Of a DNA stretch of 64,000 nt, positions 1 to 13,374 are shown in pieces (positions within the stretch are counted from its first letter, which is position 1; each line of letters starts with the position of its first letter). The notes under the pieces were generated by a model, which made no database searches, was not told the origin of the DNA, and worked only from the letters and a program-made list of their open reading frames with translations. The stretch spans positions 40,665,572-40,729,571 of the forward strand of contig CP154954.1 of assembly GCA_039621445.1 (NCBI GenBank). The letters run 5' to 3'. A program made the translations under genes and the position numbers. Origin of the DNA: Euglena gracilis (Eukaryota).

Positions 1-975
1 TTTTGGGCGAAAAAAAAAATTCAATTTTTTCGACTTTTTGGCCCGAAAACGGCTAAGTCGGACAGTGGGAAAAGTGTACAAAACGGCCATTTGGACCGAA
101 AAACGGCCATATCTCGGGCCAGGCGGGGAGTTGGCCCAAACTGCGAATACCGGTGGATAGGGCGTCCCAAAGTTGTGGAATGAGGTACTCTTCACTTTTT
201 CTCAACTCCCCAGCGTTTTCGAGATATTTTGAATTTTTCGATTTTTTGACCCCAAAAATGGCCCCTTTTGCCGGTCCAACAAAATTTCTTTGGAAAAAAA
301 ACGGTAGACAACTTTTTTGCTCGGGCCACATCTCCGGATTGGCGGGGAGTTAAAGGCCAAACGAGGGCCCGTTAGAAACTAGAAATCCTCTCCTAACCTC
401 TAGGCTATTAAGCTTTCGGGTCCGGAAATCCAATCACATCGATAATCCTCGGGTGCCCCGACCTACCCAGGGGGGACGGGGGGGGCGGGGGGGTCCGACC
501 CCCCGTCGCCGGGGTGGTAAGCTTCGCTGTTACTCTAAAGAGATAAGAGCTCAGCGACCAGGGTGTGACGTAGAGCTGAGCTCTTTGGGGGACCACTCCG
601 CCCCGGCCGCGAAAAACGCTCATTTTAGGCCCAAAAACATGTTTTCTGGGTCCGGGAGACCATAAAACATCGTTTTGGGCGAAAAAAAATTTCGCTTTTT
701 TTCGACTTTTTTGACCCGGTTTTGACCCAAAATCAATGGGTTGGCGAACCAAAAAGGGGCCCTGGCGGGTCGAAAAACGCTCATTTTCAGCTCAAAACCA
801 CACACGGGTTGGTCTTTCCCACCTTGACTTTCAAAATGCATTGATATGTGCCCTTTGCTACAAAAAAGAGGTGGCGGACGCCGGTTGGTTCTGTCCAAAG
901 CCCGGCGTTCTGGACTGTCCAAAGCCCGGCGTTCTGGACGCCGGGCTTTGGACAGAACCTGCGTCCAACACCTCT

Positions 976-1824
976 TGTTTAAAGCGGCGTTTTAGAGACG
1001 CCGGCTTCAGGACAGAACCGGCGTCCCCACCCTTCGGCCAAAGGACACTCCGAGGACCAATCTCCGACCACTGATCTGATCTGACAGTCTGCAATGTCAC
1101 ACCACTTTGCACTTCACCAAATTCCGGCGATCGCGAGGGTATTTCTGGCTGTGTCAATCGTCCAGGTATAAAATCACCCCTCGATCGAAAGCTCTTTTCA
1201 TCAGACGACTGGCGATCACCACCAAATTCAGCCACGTCGCCTGGGGCTCTTATTTTCTGTCAGTGGGGAATGCTAATTTCACAACTCTGGTGCCCCCCCA
1301 AGGCCCTCGGGTCGTTGATTCGAAGAGGAAAAACGTTTCTGTAAGGTTTATTAAGCATCTTAAACCAAAAATCACAGAAAATTGCGAGAAATTTCGACTC
1401 AGATTCTGGCTGATCCGACGATCGCGAGCGTATCTCGGGCTGCGTGCAACGTTAGGGTACCAAGTTATCCCTCGATCGAAAGCTCTTTTCAACAGACGAC
1501 CAGCGGTGCTCATCAGATCTTTCCACGCTGCACGGTACTCTATTTCCAAATCTGGGCCAATTTTCACCAAATTTGGATATCCACCCTAGTGGTCCCCAGA
1601 TGGCAAAATTCATTGTCCTTGATGGTTGAAACACTCATACCAGCACCTTAGGGCCACTTTTGGGCACTTTTGGTGACATTTTTAGGAATGAAAATCGGAC
1701 GCCGGGCTTTGGACAAAGCCGGCGTTCCTAACGCCGGGCTTTAGGACAGAACCGGCGTCCAGAAGCCCGTGGGGGGGGACGCCGGTTCTGTCCTGAGCCC
1801 GGCGTCTCAAACGCCGGCTTAAAA
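976..1824. mobile_element. TIR element (GGACAGAACCGGCGTC family) with an internal ~100-bp direct repeat
   Basis: 976-1031 is an imperfect inverted repeat of 1771-1824, and 1124-1228 resembles 1415-1520. Related motifs occur at 865-976 and 13400-13480. Confidence 0.6.
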
Positions 1825-2074
1825 GGATTTACACACACAAGGGATTTTGTTATTTTAGGGCCGCCGAACAGTTGCCTACGGCGCCCACAATGCAAAAAAG
1901 ACTGAGTAGGAAATACCCATGGCGACCATTGGCGACCTTTGGCGACCGTGGACCGACCCTAGGGTCGCCCACAACCCCCCCCCAGGTCAGATCCGGGAGC
2001 CGCCATAGCGGGAGGGCTGCAGAAAAAAAAAGGAAAAAAAAATGAAAAAAGGGGGGTGACACGTTTCCATTGGG

Positions 2075-2436
2075 GGTGTTCCCCCCGTGACCCCCCCGTG
2101 ACCCCCCCCGTGACCCCCCCGTGACCCGGACAAGGACCCATTTTGGCGAAATTTTGTCGGGAAAAATATTGGCTGGTGATGCCTAATTTGGTAAAATTTT
2201 TGGCAAGATTCCTAATTTTGAGGCGTAAATTTTTCAAATTTGGGCTTGGTGAATCCTAATTTGGTGTCAAAATCCTAATTTTAGGTGTGTGGATTCCTAA
2301 TTTGTGGAATTTTTCTCCAAATATTCCGACTCGGTGATTCCTAATTTTGCCACCAAAAATGCGGTGTTCCCCCCGTGACCCCCCCCCCCCCGTGACCCCC
2401 CCCCCGTGACCCCCCCGTGACCCGAACCACCCCCAG
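2075..2436 (+). repeat. ~350-bp dispersed repeat with CCCCGTGA arrays (second copy 7070-7417)
   Basis: The two copies are co-linear and highly similar by direct comparison. Confidence 0.85.
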
Positions 2437-3554
2437 TAAGTCATTTGTGGCAATGACACGTTTTCCATTAAGTCGGTGTACCCCCCCCTCCGACTCAGGA
2501 CAAAGTCGGTGTACCCTACGATGGACTCAGGGATGACAAAGTCGGGGGGTGGGTCCACCGACTTTGTCCTGAGTCCGGTGGACCCCCTTACTTCTGGAGC
2601 AATCCATTTTTCCAACCATTGGATACTGGTTGCGGCCGCCATACTCATGGTGTAAAGGAGGGAAGAGGGAGCAGCTACCGCAAAAACCTGGTCAAGGCAT
2701 CCACGATGCCACTGAATGTTTCCAGGAGAAAAAACGGTGTGGCACAACGCCAACAACACGGGCAGCGTAGTGCGCCCCCATTGCGTTCACCAAGCGGGTG
2801 AACACAGGACGCCGCGCACAGTCGCGGAACGTCACCGACCGCCCCAGAACCCCATGTGCCCAAGCTATGGCTCCTTTGAAGGTGGACATTGTTGCTGGTT
2901 TGAGGTCTGTCGGTTTCAGGCTGTCGCGGGCAGCAGGCGCGTTACCGCCGCCAAGGGGGTCGGGTGGGACACGGGGGGGACACGGGGGGGGGGGACACAG
3001 GGGGGACACGGGGGAAACATGCCTCTTTTCGGGACCTTCCGGGACGAAACTTGTGACTTTTTGAGGGACCAAAAGACCCCGAGCCAAGCTCCATGCCATC
3101 CTAGGTGAAAAAAAAGGGAAAGTGTGGGGTGGGGGAAAGTCAAAGTGGCCTTGAGAATCTATGAAAAAAAAGTGGAAAATGATGCCAAACAGCTAAAAAT
3201 TCATGCTGTATGTTGCCTTGGCCGCCTTCTAGGGAAATATTGGCGAGGGCGACAAATCCCCCCTTCTGATTTTTGGCGCTGCTATAAGGCTGGGGCACAG
3301 TTTGACTGAAAGTATCCCCAAAAAGCACTGTGTCCGCAGAAGGTTTGTTTTGGGGTTCCACGCGTGCCAAAAATTCTGCGGGTGATGGCAGGGGTCCAAG
3401 GGCAGCTTCAGCGACGTTCACGACCTGTGCGGGCAACGTGGAGTTGTAAAAAGACAAATGTATTGGTTGAAAACGTAATTGTGACACTTTTCCTCATTAG
3501 GCGTACACCGACTTTGTCCTGAGTCGGAGGGGGGTTGGTACACCGACTTATAGC

Positions 3555-3675
3555 AAGACCCCCCCTCCCCCGACTTTGTCCTGAGTCGGAGGGGGGACCC
3601 CCCGACTTTGTCCTTCGGACAAAGTCGGGGGGTCCCCCCTCCGACTCAGGACAAAGTCGGGGGAGGGGGGGTCTT
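3555..3675. repeat. ~120-bp palindrome with a 3-nt loop
   Basis: aagacccc...actttgtcc-TTC-ggacaaagt...ggggtctt. Confidence 0.9.
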
Positions 3676-5177
3676 TCCTGATATAAAGGCATCTGTGGTC
3701 AGGCACGTTTTCCGTCAGCAGACGGTTGCTTGTTCCTGGCGATCGCCTGAGGAACGCCTGGCCCCATATAAAGGGAGGGTAACCATTTACGGACAGTGTT
3801 GTTTCTGCCGAGTCAGCAGACGCTTGCTTGTTCCCACCATCGACTGAGAAACGCCCCCTCTCGCCCATGTCAAAACGGCCAATGGAAAAATATTTTGCCC
3901 CCAAGTATTTTGCCAACCTAAAGGGTTTTTGTTATTGAGGGGGGTAGCAAAGGCCGTAATCTTTCATGTAAGCAATTTTCATGAAATTTCACGGCTTGTG
4001 TAAGTAATTTTGTGGACCATGAAAAGTTCGCATTTCATTGACTGTGAATATTTGCTTCCTGCGGAAATGAGATGATTGCGCTGGCCGAGTGTCTTTTTTT
4101 AGCCCTTTAAAACATCGTTTAAAAGGAGTAAGGGCTAACAGCTTTTGCTTTCCCAGATGTAAGAAAATTTTGCGTTCGGAGTTAGGAAGTAGTCCCGCGG
4201 AGGCCGTCGTGTTCAAAAAAGGGGGTGTTTGGTACAACAATCTTCTCTCCCAAAGCCACCAGCTTGAAATCCTAGCTTTTTCTTCCGAAAAGTTTTTTCA
4301 ACAGAAATCCACTGGCTGGGCTGTACAGGGGGGGGGGCAAACCCACCGCTCACCACGACACTAAAAATTGGCGCCGCCAGGAAAATGGAAAGCCCTGGAG
4401 GGGGGGATTGGAACCCCCCAGGTTGAGGGGATTCCCGTACAGCCCTGACACTGGGGGGGGGGGTGCCAGTTTTCAGAACATGCTGCAAGAAGAAAACCCT
4501 TTTGACAGATAAAAATTTCAGGAAGATAAAGGCTGGAAACACAAGCAAAAGAGAAAACCAATAAAGAAAGCAAAAAAACAAAGTGCGCAATTTACAACAA
4601 CAGAGTCCTGTGTTTTTTCTGAAAACACCACAGGACCCTGACAAGAGCTGCCAATACCTTCACGTCTTCTTCTTCTTTTGTAACTTCTTTGACTAAAACT
4701 TCACACTAACTTCACATTCCACACGTAGAACCTGTGAGTGGAAGAATCACACATGAAACACAATCTGGATGACGGACAAATGGGACGGGAAAAAGAACAT
4801 TGGCAAATCTGGCAAAATTCCAGAATGAAGCCACATGTCCTAAAATTAAAAGCACACAATGCCAGGTGAAAACACTCCCAAAACACGGGTCAAAGACAGA
4901 GCTGCAGCAAGTGTTCTCTGTGAAATGGAAGCAAAAGTTCCTTCATGTAAAACACCACCAGAAAACCACATGGACCGCCAGAAAATGATAGAAAAACAGA
5001 ACGCACAATAGAAGACCTGCCACACAAGAGGGTGGCACTCAAAATTGTCACTCAGCGGAGCGTATTTTGGAAAAAATGGCAAATTTTTGAAAGTGGTCTG
5101 GATGCATCAGAAAAGACCAGGAGAACAATTCCTCAAAAGTCACCTTCAGGGGGGCATACCTGCTTCGACGTTCAATA

Positions 5178-5353
5178 CCACCCCCCCCCCATATTGTCCC
5201 ACCGACCTCTCCCCAGGAGGCCCGCCGGGACAATATGGGGGGGGGGGACAATATGGGGGTACCAAAGGAAATTTCATTGACCGAGCCAAAAAAACCCCTC
5301 GTCGGCCGGGCCGAGGGACAATATGGGGGGGGGACAATATGGGGGGGGGGTGG
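5178..5353. mobile_element. TA-flanked MITE (ATATTGTCCC motif); sister copy 9064-9237
   Basis: ta|ccacccc...ggggtgg|ta; the internal sequence is shared with 9064-9237. Confidence 0.8.
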
Positions 5354-6213
5354 TAAATACTGCATCAATAGATTCCTTATCCTTCAAATAGTTCGATTCT
5401 GAGTTCCAGACAAAGAAAAACAACGAATTTCAAGGGGAGAGCACACCAGTTTTGCTCCCAATTAGGAAGTCCCTCCGTTCGCGATCACCGCGACTGCTTT
5501 GAAACTGTTGAGATTTCAGTTTTCTGAGATTTCATGAAAATATGGAAAAATGCAATAAAACCGTGCAAATTTCACTTTACTGAAAATTTAGGCCTTTTGA
5601 AAACTTTTGGCCATTGCTAGAGGGGGGGGATGCGGGGGGGAGGGGCCCCTGCGAGGAGGCTGTGGGCCGACCAAGTTCGCATGAATATACTTTCCCCCTC
5701 TAAATCAGCATTCCAGTGGTCAAAGAGGAGGACATTTGCCAATTGTAAAAAAACAGCCATTTATCCTTGTCAGTCAGAAACATACTTGTAGTTAGTGCAA
5801 CCGGGAAAAATGTTTCCGTGCGCCGCGACCACCGCGGAATTTTTTTTGTAACCGGCAGCGTCGCGGTAAGAAACTTCTGTGCACCGCGAATGCCGCGGCA
5901 CTGGTTTATGCCGCGACCGCCGTGGAAACTTTTTGCAGTTTGTGCCGTGACCACCGCGGCAATTGTTTTTTTTCATTGGGGGGTCGGCACACCCCTCCCC
6001 CCCCCCTCACCCACCCCCTCGCCACGTCATTTTACCCCCCTTTTCAGACCCCCTCGCCACGCCATTTCAGCCGCACCAAAGAAAATTTTCTTGGAAAACC
6101 CCCGCGCACTCCCCCCCCATCCGGGACCCCCTCGGCACGCCAAAAACCCTCCCCCCCCCCCTAGCCGGACGGCTCGCCACAGCGTGCCGACCCCCCATTG
6201 TGTCCCACATATA

Positions 6214-6449
6214 CCACCTCCCCCCCCCTAATTGACCGTGGGACCTCTCCGCGGGACCCCCCCTTTTGGTCAATTAGGGGGGGGGTTCAATTAGGGGGGG
6301 GGGCGTCAATTAGGGGGGGTGTACCATCAATTAGGGGGTGCTTCAGCACCAAATCCCCCCGGGCAGTCAATTAGGGGGGGGGGTCGAAAAAAATTTCCCC
6401 AGGGCGTTTGGTCAATTAGGGGGGGGGTCAATTGGGGGGGGGGAAGTGG
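6214..6449. mobile_element. TA-flanked MITE (TAATTGACC motif)
   Basis: ta|ccacctcccccccc-taattgacc ... ggtcaattggggggggg-aagtgg|ta. Confidence 0.75.
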
Positions 6450-6642
6450 TACTTCCTTTCTGGTGCTACCATGGCAACACTTTGTTTTGCCAAAAGCCCG
6501 GGTGAGGGCCTTCTATCAATCTAATTGTTTCCACCAAAAAAATGTTGGGTGTTGTGTTGCTGCCATTACATTCTTGAGCTCCGGGCAGAAAGTTTTTTTG
6601 CGCCGCAACCACCGCGGAAAATTTTTCCCCTTGCGCCACGAC

Positions 6643-7956
6643 CAGGGTTGGATGGTTAATCGAAAAACGGTTAATCGCTTGTGGCCCCCCCCCCCCCAGT
6701 TAATCGACCTATTTTTATGGCGGAAATCAAACATGTCTTGGGTTTGGGAACATTTCTCTACCCTTTGGGGACTTACCACGCCCCCCCATATCAGACCCCC
6801 CCCTTGGCCGGCCAAAGGCCGGCCCTTTGGCCGGGCCTGGGGGGCCTAGGCCCCCCCGTAGGATTTTGGCTCCCGAGGGGGGTCTGAAATGGGGGGGGGG
6901 GGCATGGCAGACACTGGGTGGGGATGGACCCCGTTGTGTGTGGTAATTGAAGTTCCCTTTTGGAAAAGAGGCACTTTTCAACTGCAACACCCAACATAAC
7001 CCTTCGGAGGAGGGGTGGTAATTGTCATCAGATAAAGAAGCTGTGACCCCAGTTATTTGCGCAATCGCCATGTTCCCCCCGTGACCCCCCGTGACCCCCC
7101 CCCCCCGTGACCCCCCCATGACCCGAGCAAGGACCCTTTTCGGCGAAATTTTGTAGGTTGAATTTTTGGCCGGTGATGGCTAATTTGATAAAATTCTTAG
7201 GCAGATTCCTAATTTTGAGGTGCAAATTTTTCAAATTTGGGCTTGGTGATTCCTAATTAGGTGTTAAAATCCTAATTTCAGGTGTGGGGATTCCTAATTT
7301 GTGGAATTTCTTCCCAAAAATTCCGGCTCGGTGATTCCTAATTTTGCCACCAAAAATGTGGTTCCCCCCGTGACCCCCCCCCCCCGTGACCCCCCCGTGA
7401 CCCGAACCACCCCCAGTGATTGCTCCGTTGATGCGCTCGTGTTTGTGCAAATGAATTTACACCAACTTGGCTATCTGAACCATTAGACAGGCAACGGAGG
7501 AGGTTAGGCAGGGGTGGGGGGGGGGGGGGTTGGGGGCTTCGCCCCTAAAGGAATTTCAATGGAGAAACTTCACCGGTGAAGTTCACCGGTGAAGTTCACC
7601 GCCATGTATTTACAATGAAGAGGGGGGGGTGGGGGGGGTCCCGCCCGAAAAACCCAAAGTCACCGCCTGATCTCCGGAGATCCGTGTGGTTTTCATTTTT
7701 TTTTTTGGTTTGTTTGGCTCATGATCCATCCAATGAATGAGAGTCCGAGCTCTGGTTTGGGGATGATGTTTTCAAGCACCAATTTGGCAAGGTGTACTCA
7801 AGGGTGGGGACACTTTGAATTTTTTTTGTGGTGGTTAATCGAAATTAATCGAGGGAAAGGCACAGTTAATCGAAAATTGGTTAATCGCTTGTTGACCCCC
7901 AGTTAACCATGGTTAATCGCTTGACCCCAAAAATAACGGTTAATTGCCCAACCCTG
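6643..7956. mobile_element. CAGGGTTGG-TIR element with 7-bp TSD (CCACGAC), carrying three nested insertions
   Basis: ccacgac|cagggttgg...ccaaccctg|ccacgac, with subterminal GGTTAATCG repeats. Nested elements lie at 6776-6907, 7070-7417 and 7499-7675. Confidence 0.85.
7499..7675. mobile_element. Harbinger-like MITE, 3-bp TSD GGA
   Basis: gga|ggaggttaggc...gcctgatctcc|gga, with internal TTCACCGGTGAA repeats. Confidence 0.75.
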
Positions 7957-8239
7957 CCACGACCACCACGGCAATAAATTTTGCTTGTGTCACGACAGCC
8001 GCGGCAAAAATCTTTCTGTGCGCCACGACCACTGCGGAAATTTTTTTTGTGCCACGGCATGAGTGCCGTGGCACACTAACTGCAAGTATCGTCAAACCCA
8101 GGGAATAATTTACATCGGTTTTGTGCTAACACTGTCCATAAATTGTTGCCCTCCCTTTCTTTTCACATGCCCTTTACAAAAAAAACCTTACAAAAAATTG
8201 GCGATATTTTGTTTCGGAAGGGGGAGGGACGTGTTGAGG

Positions 8240-10110
8240 CCACCACACCTCGCCCAAAATTGGCCAGCACACCTGGCCCAAAATTGACCAGCACACCTGG
8301 CCCAAAATTGGCCACCACATCCGGCAATACACCTGGCTCAAAATTGGCCAGCACTGCTGCTGCAACGGAGGAGAACAACGGAGGAGAACTTTTTCGGCGA
8401 CCAAATTATGCAGTATGGAGTTGGATTTGTACTGTAGTTGCATCAACGACTTCCACTGATGACAAAGGTTTGCCGAACAATTCTGTCAGGGAATGTACAT
8501 TTTTCTCTGTTGCAGATCTCAATGGGAGGAAATTGCTGAAGTTTATCATGCTTGAAATGAACTTATTTGAAGGAGGTTGGTACCATGCCCCCCCCCCCCC
8601 CCGAGCTATCCCCCCCCGAGCTATTCCCATTGGGGGTACGGGAATAGCTCATTGTCATAGCACTTTTTATAAAGAACTTCCTAAGAAAGCGGTCAAAAAT
8701 TGACGGTTTTGGACCATTTTCAAAAATCACCTTTTGGCAAATGTGCTCAAAATTGACCATTTTTTGCGAACATCCAAAAAAGTTGCCAAAAATGACCCCT
8801 TTTGGGTTGCCCGAGGGTCGGGTATGGGAATAGCTCGGGGGGGGGACCTAGGTCCCCCCCCCCCCGAGCTGTTCCCCCCCCCCCCGTACCGCTCCCATTG
8901 GGCCGCAAAGGGTCCCAGGGACAGGAATAGCTCGGGGGGGGGCATGGTAATCTGGACCTGAGCATGTCCCTGCTAAAGTGCTCCATTTGTTTTCATTACG
9001 GCCAACAAAGTGTGTATTTTCTGGTTCCTGTTGTTGTTCCTTTTGCTTTACAATGGCAAAATACCCCCCCCCCCCCTTATTGTCCCACCGACCTCTCCCC
9101 AGGAGGCCCGACCAGACAATAAGGGTGGGGGGGACAACAAGGGGGTACCGAAGGAATTTCATTGGCCGGGCCAAAAAATCCCCCGTCGGCCGGGGCCCAG
9201 GACAATAAGGGGGGGGGGGACAATAAGGGGGGGGGGTTCTGGCCAGCTTTGGGCCAGATGTGCTACCCAGATTTGGGCCACATGCTGGCCAGTTTTGGGC
9301 CAGATGTGGTGGCCAGGTTTGGACTAGATGTGTTGGCCAGTTTTGGGCCACCTGTGCTGGCCGGTTTTGGTCCAGATGTGGTGGCCAGTTTGGGGCCAGT
9401 TTTGGGCCACCTGACTTCACCATGTGACTGTGCCTTCTGAGGTGGTGGATGGCACAGCGCGTGGCGTGGTGGGCACTTTCCCACAAACAATATCGGCATC
9501 TGACTTTTTTTCAGTTCCCAGCAGCAGTGCGGTCGTCAAAAACGAGGACATTTGTCAGGGTTTTTTACAGACATTTATCCCTGTCAGTCAGAAATCCAGG
9601 GGGTTTTTGATGGGGGTTTTGTCATCAGGATTGCGTCGAGGCCATTAGAGCATTTTTGTTGCCTGTGGCTCTGTCGTTTCGCCCAATTTTTTCCACCCTT
9701 TTCACCCGCTGTTGATGGTGATACTCAGTGCCTGGTGTTGGGCATGTCCGCACTTCTGCCCATATGAACTAGCTCCGGCGTCAAAGCGGTTAACTTTTTT
9801 GTTAACAACGGGACCTATTGCGTGCCTTTTTTCTTTGAAAAAAAGAAAACTTGAGAGCACACAAAAAAGGACAACGGAGAAACAATTTTGCTTTGAGTGT
9901 GTAAAGAGGGGGGCGAGGGGGGGGCGTGTTGAGAAAACGGGCGGTGCCACCAACTGTGGCCTAAAACTGGCCACGACCTCTGGCCCAAAACTAGCCACGA
10001 CCTCTGGCCCAAAACTGCCACGACCTCCAAAGCTGCCAGCACATCTGGCCCAAAACTGGCTAGATGTGCTGGACCAAAACTGGCCAGCACAAATGTCTAC
10101 CACATCTGGT
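8240..10110. repeat. 24-bp minisatellite blocks (GGCCCAAAATTGGCCAGCACACCT) in alternating orientation
   Basis: + orientation at 8245-8352, - at 9240-9412, + at 9955-10112. Confidence 0.75.
8583..8947. mobile_element. TA-flanked MITE (GAGCTAT motif)
   Basis: ta|ccatgcccc...gagctat / atagctc...ggggcatgg|ta. Confidence 0.8.
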
Positions 10111-11029
10111 CCAAACCCGCCCCATGATTCAAATCTTTGTAAATCAGAACCAGATTACCATTTCGTTGCAAACAAAATAGACAGACAAACAAAAAAAACC
10201 TTCTGGGCAGTTTCTAGGCACAGCAACAGGAAGCAGAAATCAAACACGATGGCAATCCACCTGTGTACAAGTCTCAGAAAATTATGCTTCTGCTTTTGTG
10301 AGACGACATCTGCGACAGTGCCTTAGATACTGACAGCCGTTCCTGCTTGATATAATTCAACAATTTCTTGTCGGTGATCTGAAGCAGAGAAAAAAGGTCA
10401 TGCCCTGACTGCGTTGTTTTGCAAACCTTTGTCATCAGAGGAGAGCTGGATGCCGAGAGAAGTCGGCGTCTTCTGATATCTTTAAGTCTTCCCAGTGATC
10501 TCACAGATCTAACAACATTCTGTACTGCTGTGCTACCCTCTGGGGAGCAGACATTAATTCAAGCCGGGCGATTCCTTATGGGGAACGCGAATATTTGCAG
10601 CTGACAAATGTCTAAATGTCATATTAATGTCAAATGTCTGTCAGAAACCCTTGTCATTTGCCAATATTTGCACTGCTGGATCCCAGTCAATTTCTGCAAG
10701 TGGTCCCACTCAGTACGCTGATGTCCTGCAGGAGGGCGGACATCATTGCGGACATCATAGTTTTTTTTATAAAAAAACAACAAGCATTTTTTTTTACTGT
10801 TTCAACAAAAAAACAGTAAAAAAACACATAAAAAAACAAAAGGAAAATTTCATTGAAAAAACTCATTATGGGGCACCCAAACCATACTTTAAATCCTACT
10901 CAGTTCAAAAACTGCCAAAAATGGTCAAAAACATCCAAAATGCAACAAAAATGGAATTTTATGACTTTTTTTCATTTTTGTGGAAGGAAGTTTTTGGCAG
11001 AAATTACCCAGAAGTTGCCAAAAATGTTC

Positions 11030-12437
11030 GAAACCGTGTCAAGTCCACGATGTACACCGGCCGTGAAAACCGTGTTCAGTCCACGTGTACAGCGGTGGAA
11101 AGCGTGTTTGGGTAACACGCTTTCCTTACAATGTACATGTGTTACCAAAAAGTGTAAACACGCTTTCCGTACAATGTACACGTGGTACCAAAAAAGTAAA
11201 CACGCTTTCCTGCAATGTACACGTGTTACCAAAAGGAGTAAACACGCTTTCCGTACAATGTACACGTGTTACCAAAAGAATAAAACGCTTTCCTACGGTG
11301 TACACGTGTTACCAAAAAGAGTAAACACGCTTTCCTGCGGTGTACACGTGTTACCAAAAAGAGTAAACACGCTTTCCGTACAATGCACGTGCACGTGTTA
11401 CAAACATGGTACATTTGCATTGTTCCGTGTTATAAATGAAAAATATTCTGTAGGGTTACAGCATAACTAGAATGCATGAAACGATGGACATAAGCAAAGA
11501 AGCAACACAGCAGCGGGAAGTTGGCGTATTTGGGGGGGGGTACGCAGACGCATACTGCAAACACCTCGTGGCCTGTTGGCCAGGAACAATAGCACATCAC
11601 AAAGGGCATCACAAACATCCCGGGCATTTCCAGGGACGTTTGGGAGCTCGGCGCAGGTCAGCACACACAAAATGGTAGGTGTCCGCACAACTCACACAGG
11701 AAACAGACCGAGCTACGTCGGAGGTGGTGGGGAAGCCAACTTTCACACCACAACGGTGACATAAGATGTCACCGTTGGGAGACGGAAACAGAGCCGGAAC
11801 AGTTGCCAAAGGTTGGTTCACGGTGGAATGTTCTGGCGCGGGAGGAGCCTCCCAGTTCTCTGACACTTTATACAAAAAACAAGGGCATTGAGGTATGTAC
11901 GGAAGGACAAAACAAGCATGGAACGAACCCGAATATCTATTCCAGCTCTCTCCGTACGGGCAGCAACGCAGGCAAGTTGTTGCTCGGGTGTTGTGTACAA
12001 CACCCGAGCATCAATGCACCAGCAGGCCCACCCCAAAAAACAGTCGTGCTTCAGCGAGGTTAGCCAGGCGCATCATGGCTGTGAAGGGTGTGAAGGCGTT
12101 TTGAAACATGTTTTTAGCATAATGCACACGTGTTGCCAAAAAGTCTGAACACGCTTTCCGTAAATGGACACGTGTTACCAAAAAAGTAAACACGCTTTCC
12201 TGCAGTGTGCACGTGTTACCAAAAGGAGTAAACACACTCTCCGTACAATGTACACGTGTTACAAACACGGGTACATTTGCATTGTACCGTGTTTGCAACA
12301 CGGTACAATTGCAATGTACCAAGGTACCCCATTTTTGTACACGTGTTTACTATAATTGGCATTTTTTGCGCGAGTCACGTGGACTTGAACACGGTTTTCA
12401 CTACCGATGTACATCGTGGACTCTTAACACGGTTTCA
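11030..12437. mobile_element. TIR element with 42-bp tandem arrays (CACGTG-containing) at both ends
   Basis: 11030-11087 is an imperfect inverted repeat of 12375-12436. The 42-bp unit occurs ~7 times (11112-11405) and ~3-4 times (12120-12265). Confidence 0.7.
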
Positions 12438-12441
12438 ACAT

Positions 12442-12539
12442 TGTTTCGTGTTCTGATCCCGCTTTTTTACCAGGAAAACCGGGGGCGCCGAAGGCGCCCC
12501 CGGTTTTCCTGGTAAAAAAGCGGATCAGAACACGAAACA
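12442..12539. repeat. ~98-bp palindrome with GAA loop
   Basis: tgtttcgtgttctgatcc...ggcgcc-GAA-ggcgcc...ggatcagaacacgaaaca; one extra C in the left arm. Confidence 0.9.
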
Positions 12540-12940
12540 TCTTATAGAAAATGTGCATTCAAATTTTTTTCCATGCAAAACCTAGTGGGCGTTTTTTTTG
12601 TTTTTTTAAAAAAAAACATTGTTAGAATTAAAAAAACAACGTCAAAAAAAAAACAGGCCGGCCCACTATGGCGGACATTAATGTGGGATGGGCCATTCCT
12701 AACATGCATCGGGTTTTCTGACATTTGACAAATGTCTAAATGTCACATTAATGTCAATTGTCTGTCAGAAACCCTTGTCATTTGCCAAAATCGGGAATGC
12801 CGCCCCAAATTATCACTTTCACTTTCAAAGACCCAAACTGAGGCCCGGGTGGGGTTGGATTGGAGAGTTTTCTGCCTCTCAAGATGCAAACACTCTCATT
12901 TGTAAAGGATTTCCATGTGACCTTCCTGCCAATCTTCAAT

Positions 12941-13374
12941 GGAGGTTAGGCAGGGGTGGGGGGGGCTGCGGACCCCCCCGGTGAAGTTCACCGGTGAACA
13001 TTCACCCGGGGGTGGGGAGGGGGGGGTACTTTCGGCGGTGAAGTTCACCGGTGAACTTCACCGTTTTGATGGTTGGGGGTGAAATTTTCATGGGTCAAAT
13101 TTTGCTCTTTTCCTCTGAAAATGGTCATTTTGAGGTTGATGCTTCATGGAATTTTATCGAAATTTCCGAAAACTTCCCCAAAATGCCATTTTTGGCCATT
13201 TTTGGCCAAAAAAGTGCTCTCTTGGTGAACTTCACCGGTGAAGTTCACCGATGGGTTGGGCAGAGGAGGGGGGGGGGGAGGGGGTCCGGGACCCCCCGGT
13301 GAACTTTCAAACGGTGAACTTCACCATAGGGGGGGGGGAGGGGTCAAATGACCAAAGTCTACTGCCTGATCTCC
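12941..13374. mobile_element. Harbinger-like MITE, 3-bp TSD AAT (same family as 7499-7675)
   Basis: aat|ggaggttaggcag...ctgcctgatctcc|aat. Confidence 0.8.

Noticed and set aside
11112-11405. 42-bp repeat array as a CRISPR
   Set aside because: The units are head-to-tail with no unique spacers, there are no cas genes, and the context is eukaryotic. It is a subterminal repeat of a TIR element.
11460-12110. Possible LINE C-terminal remnant
   Set aside because: The resemblance is faint and there are many stops; it cannot be supported without a search.
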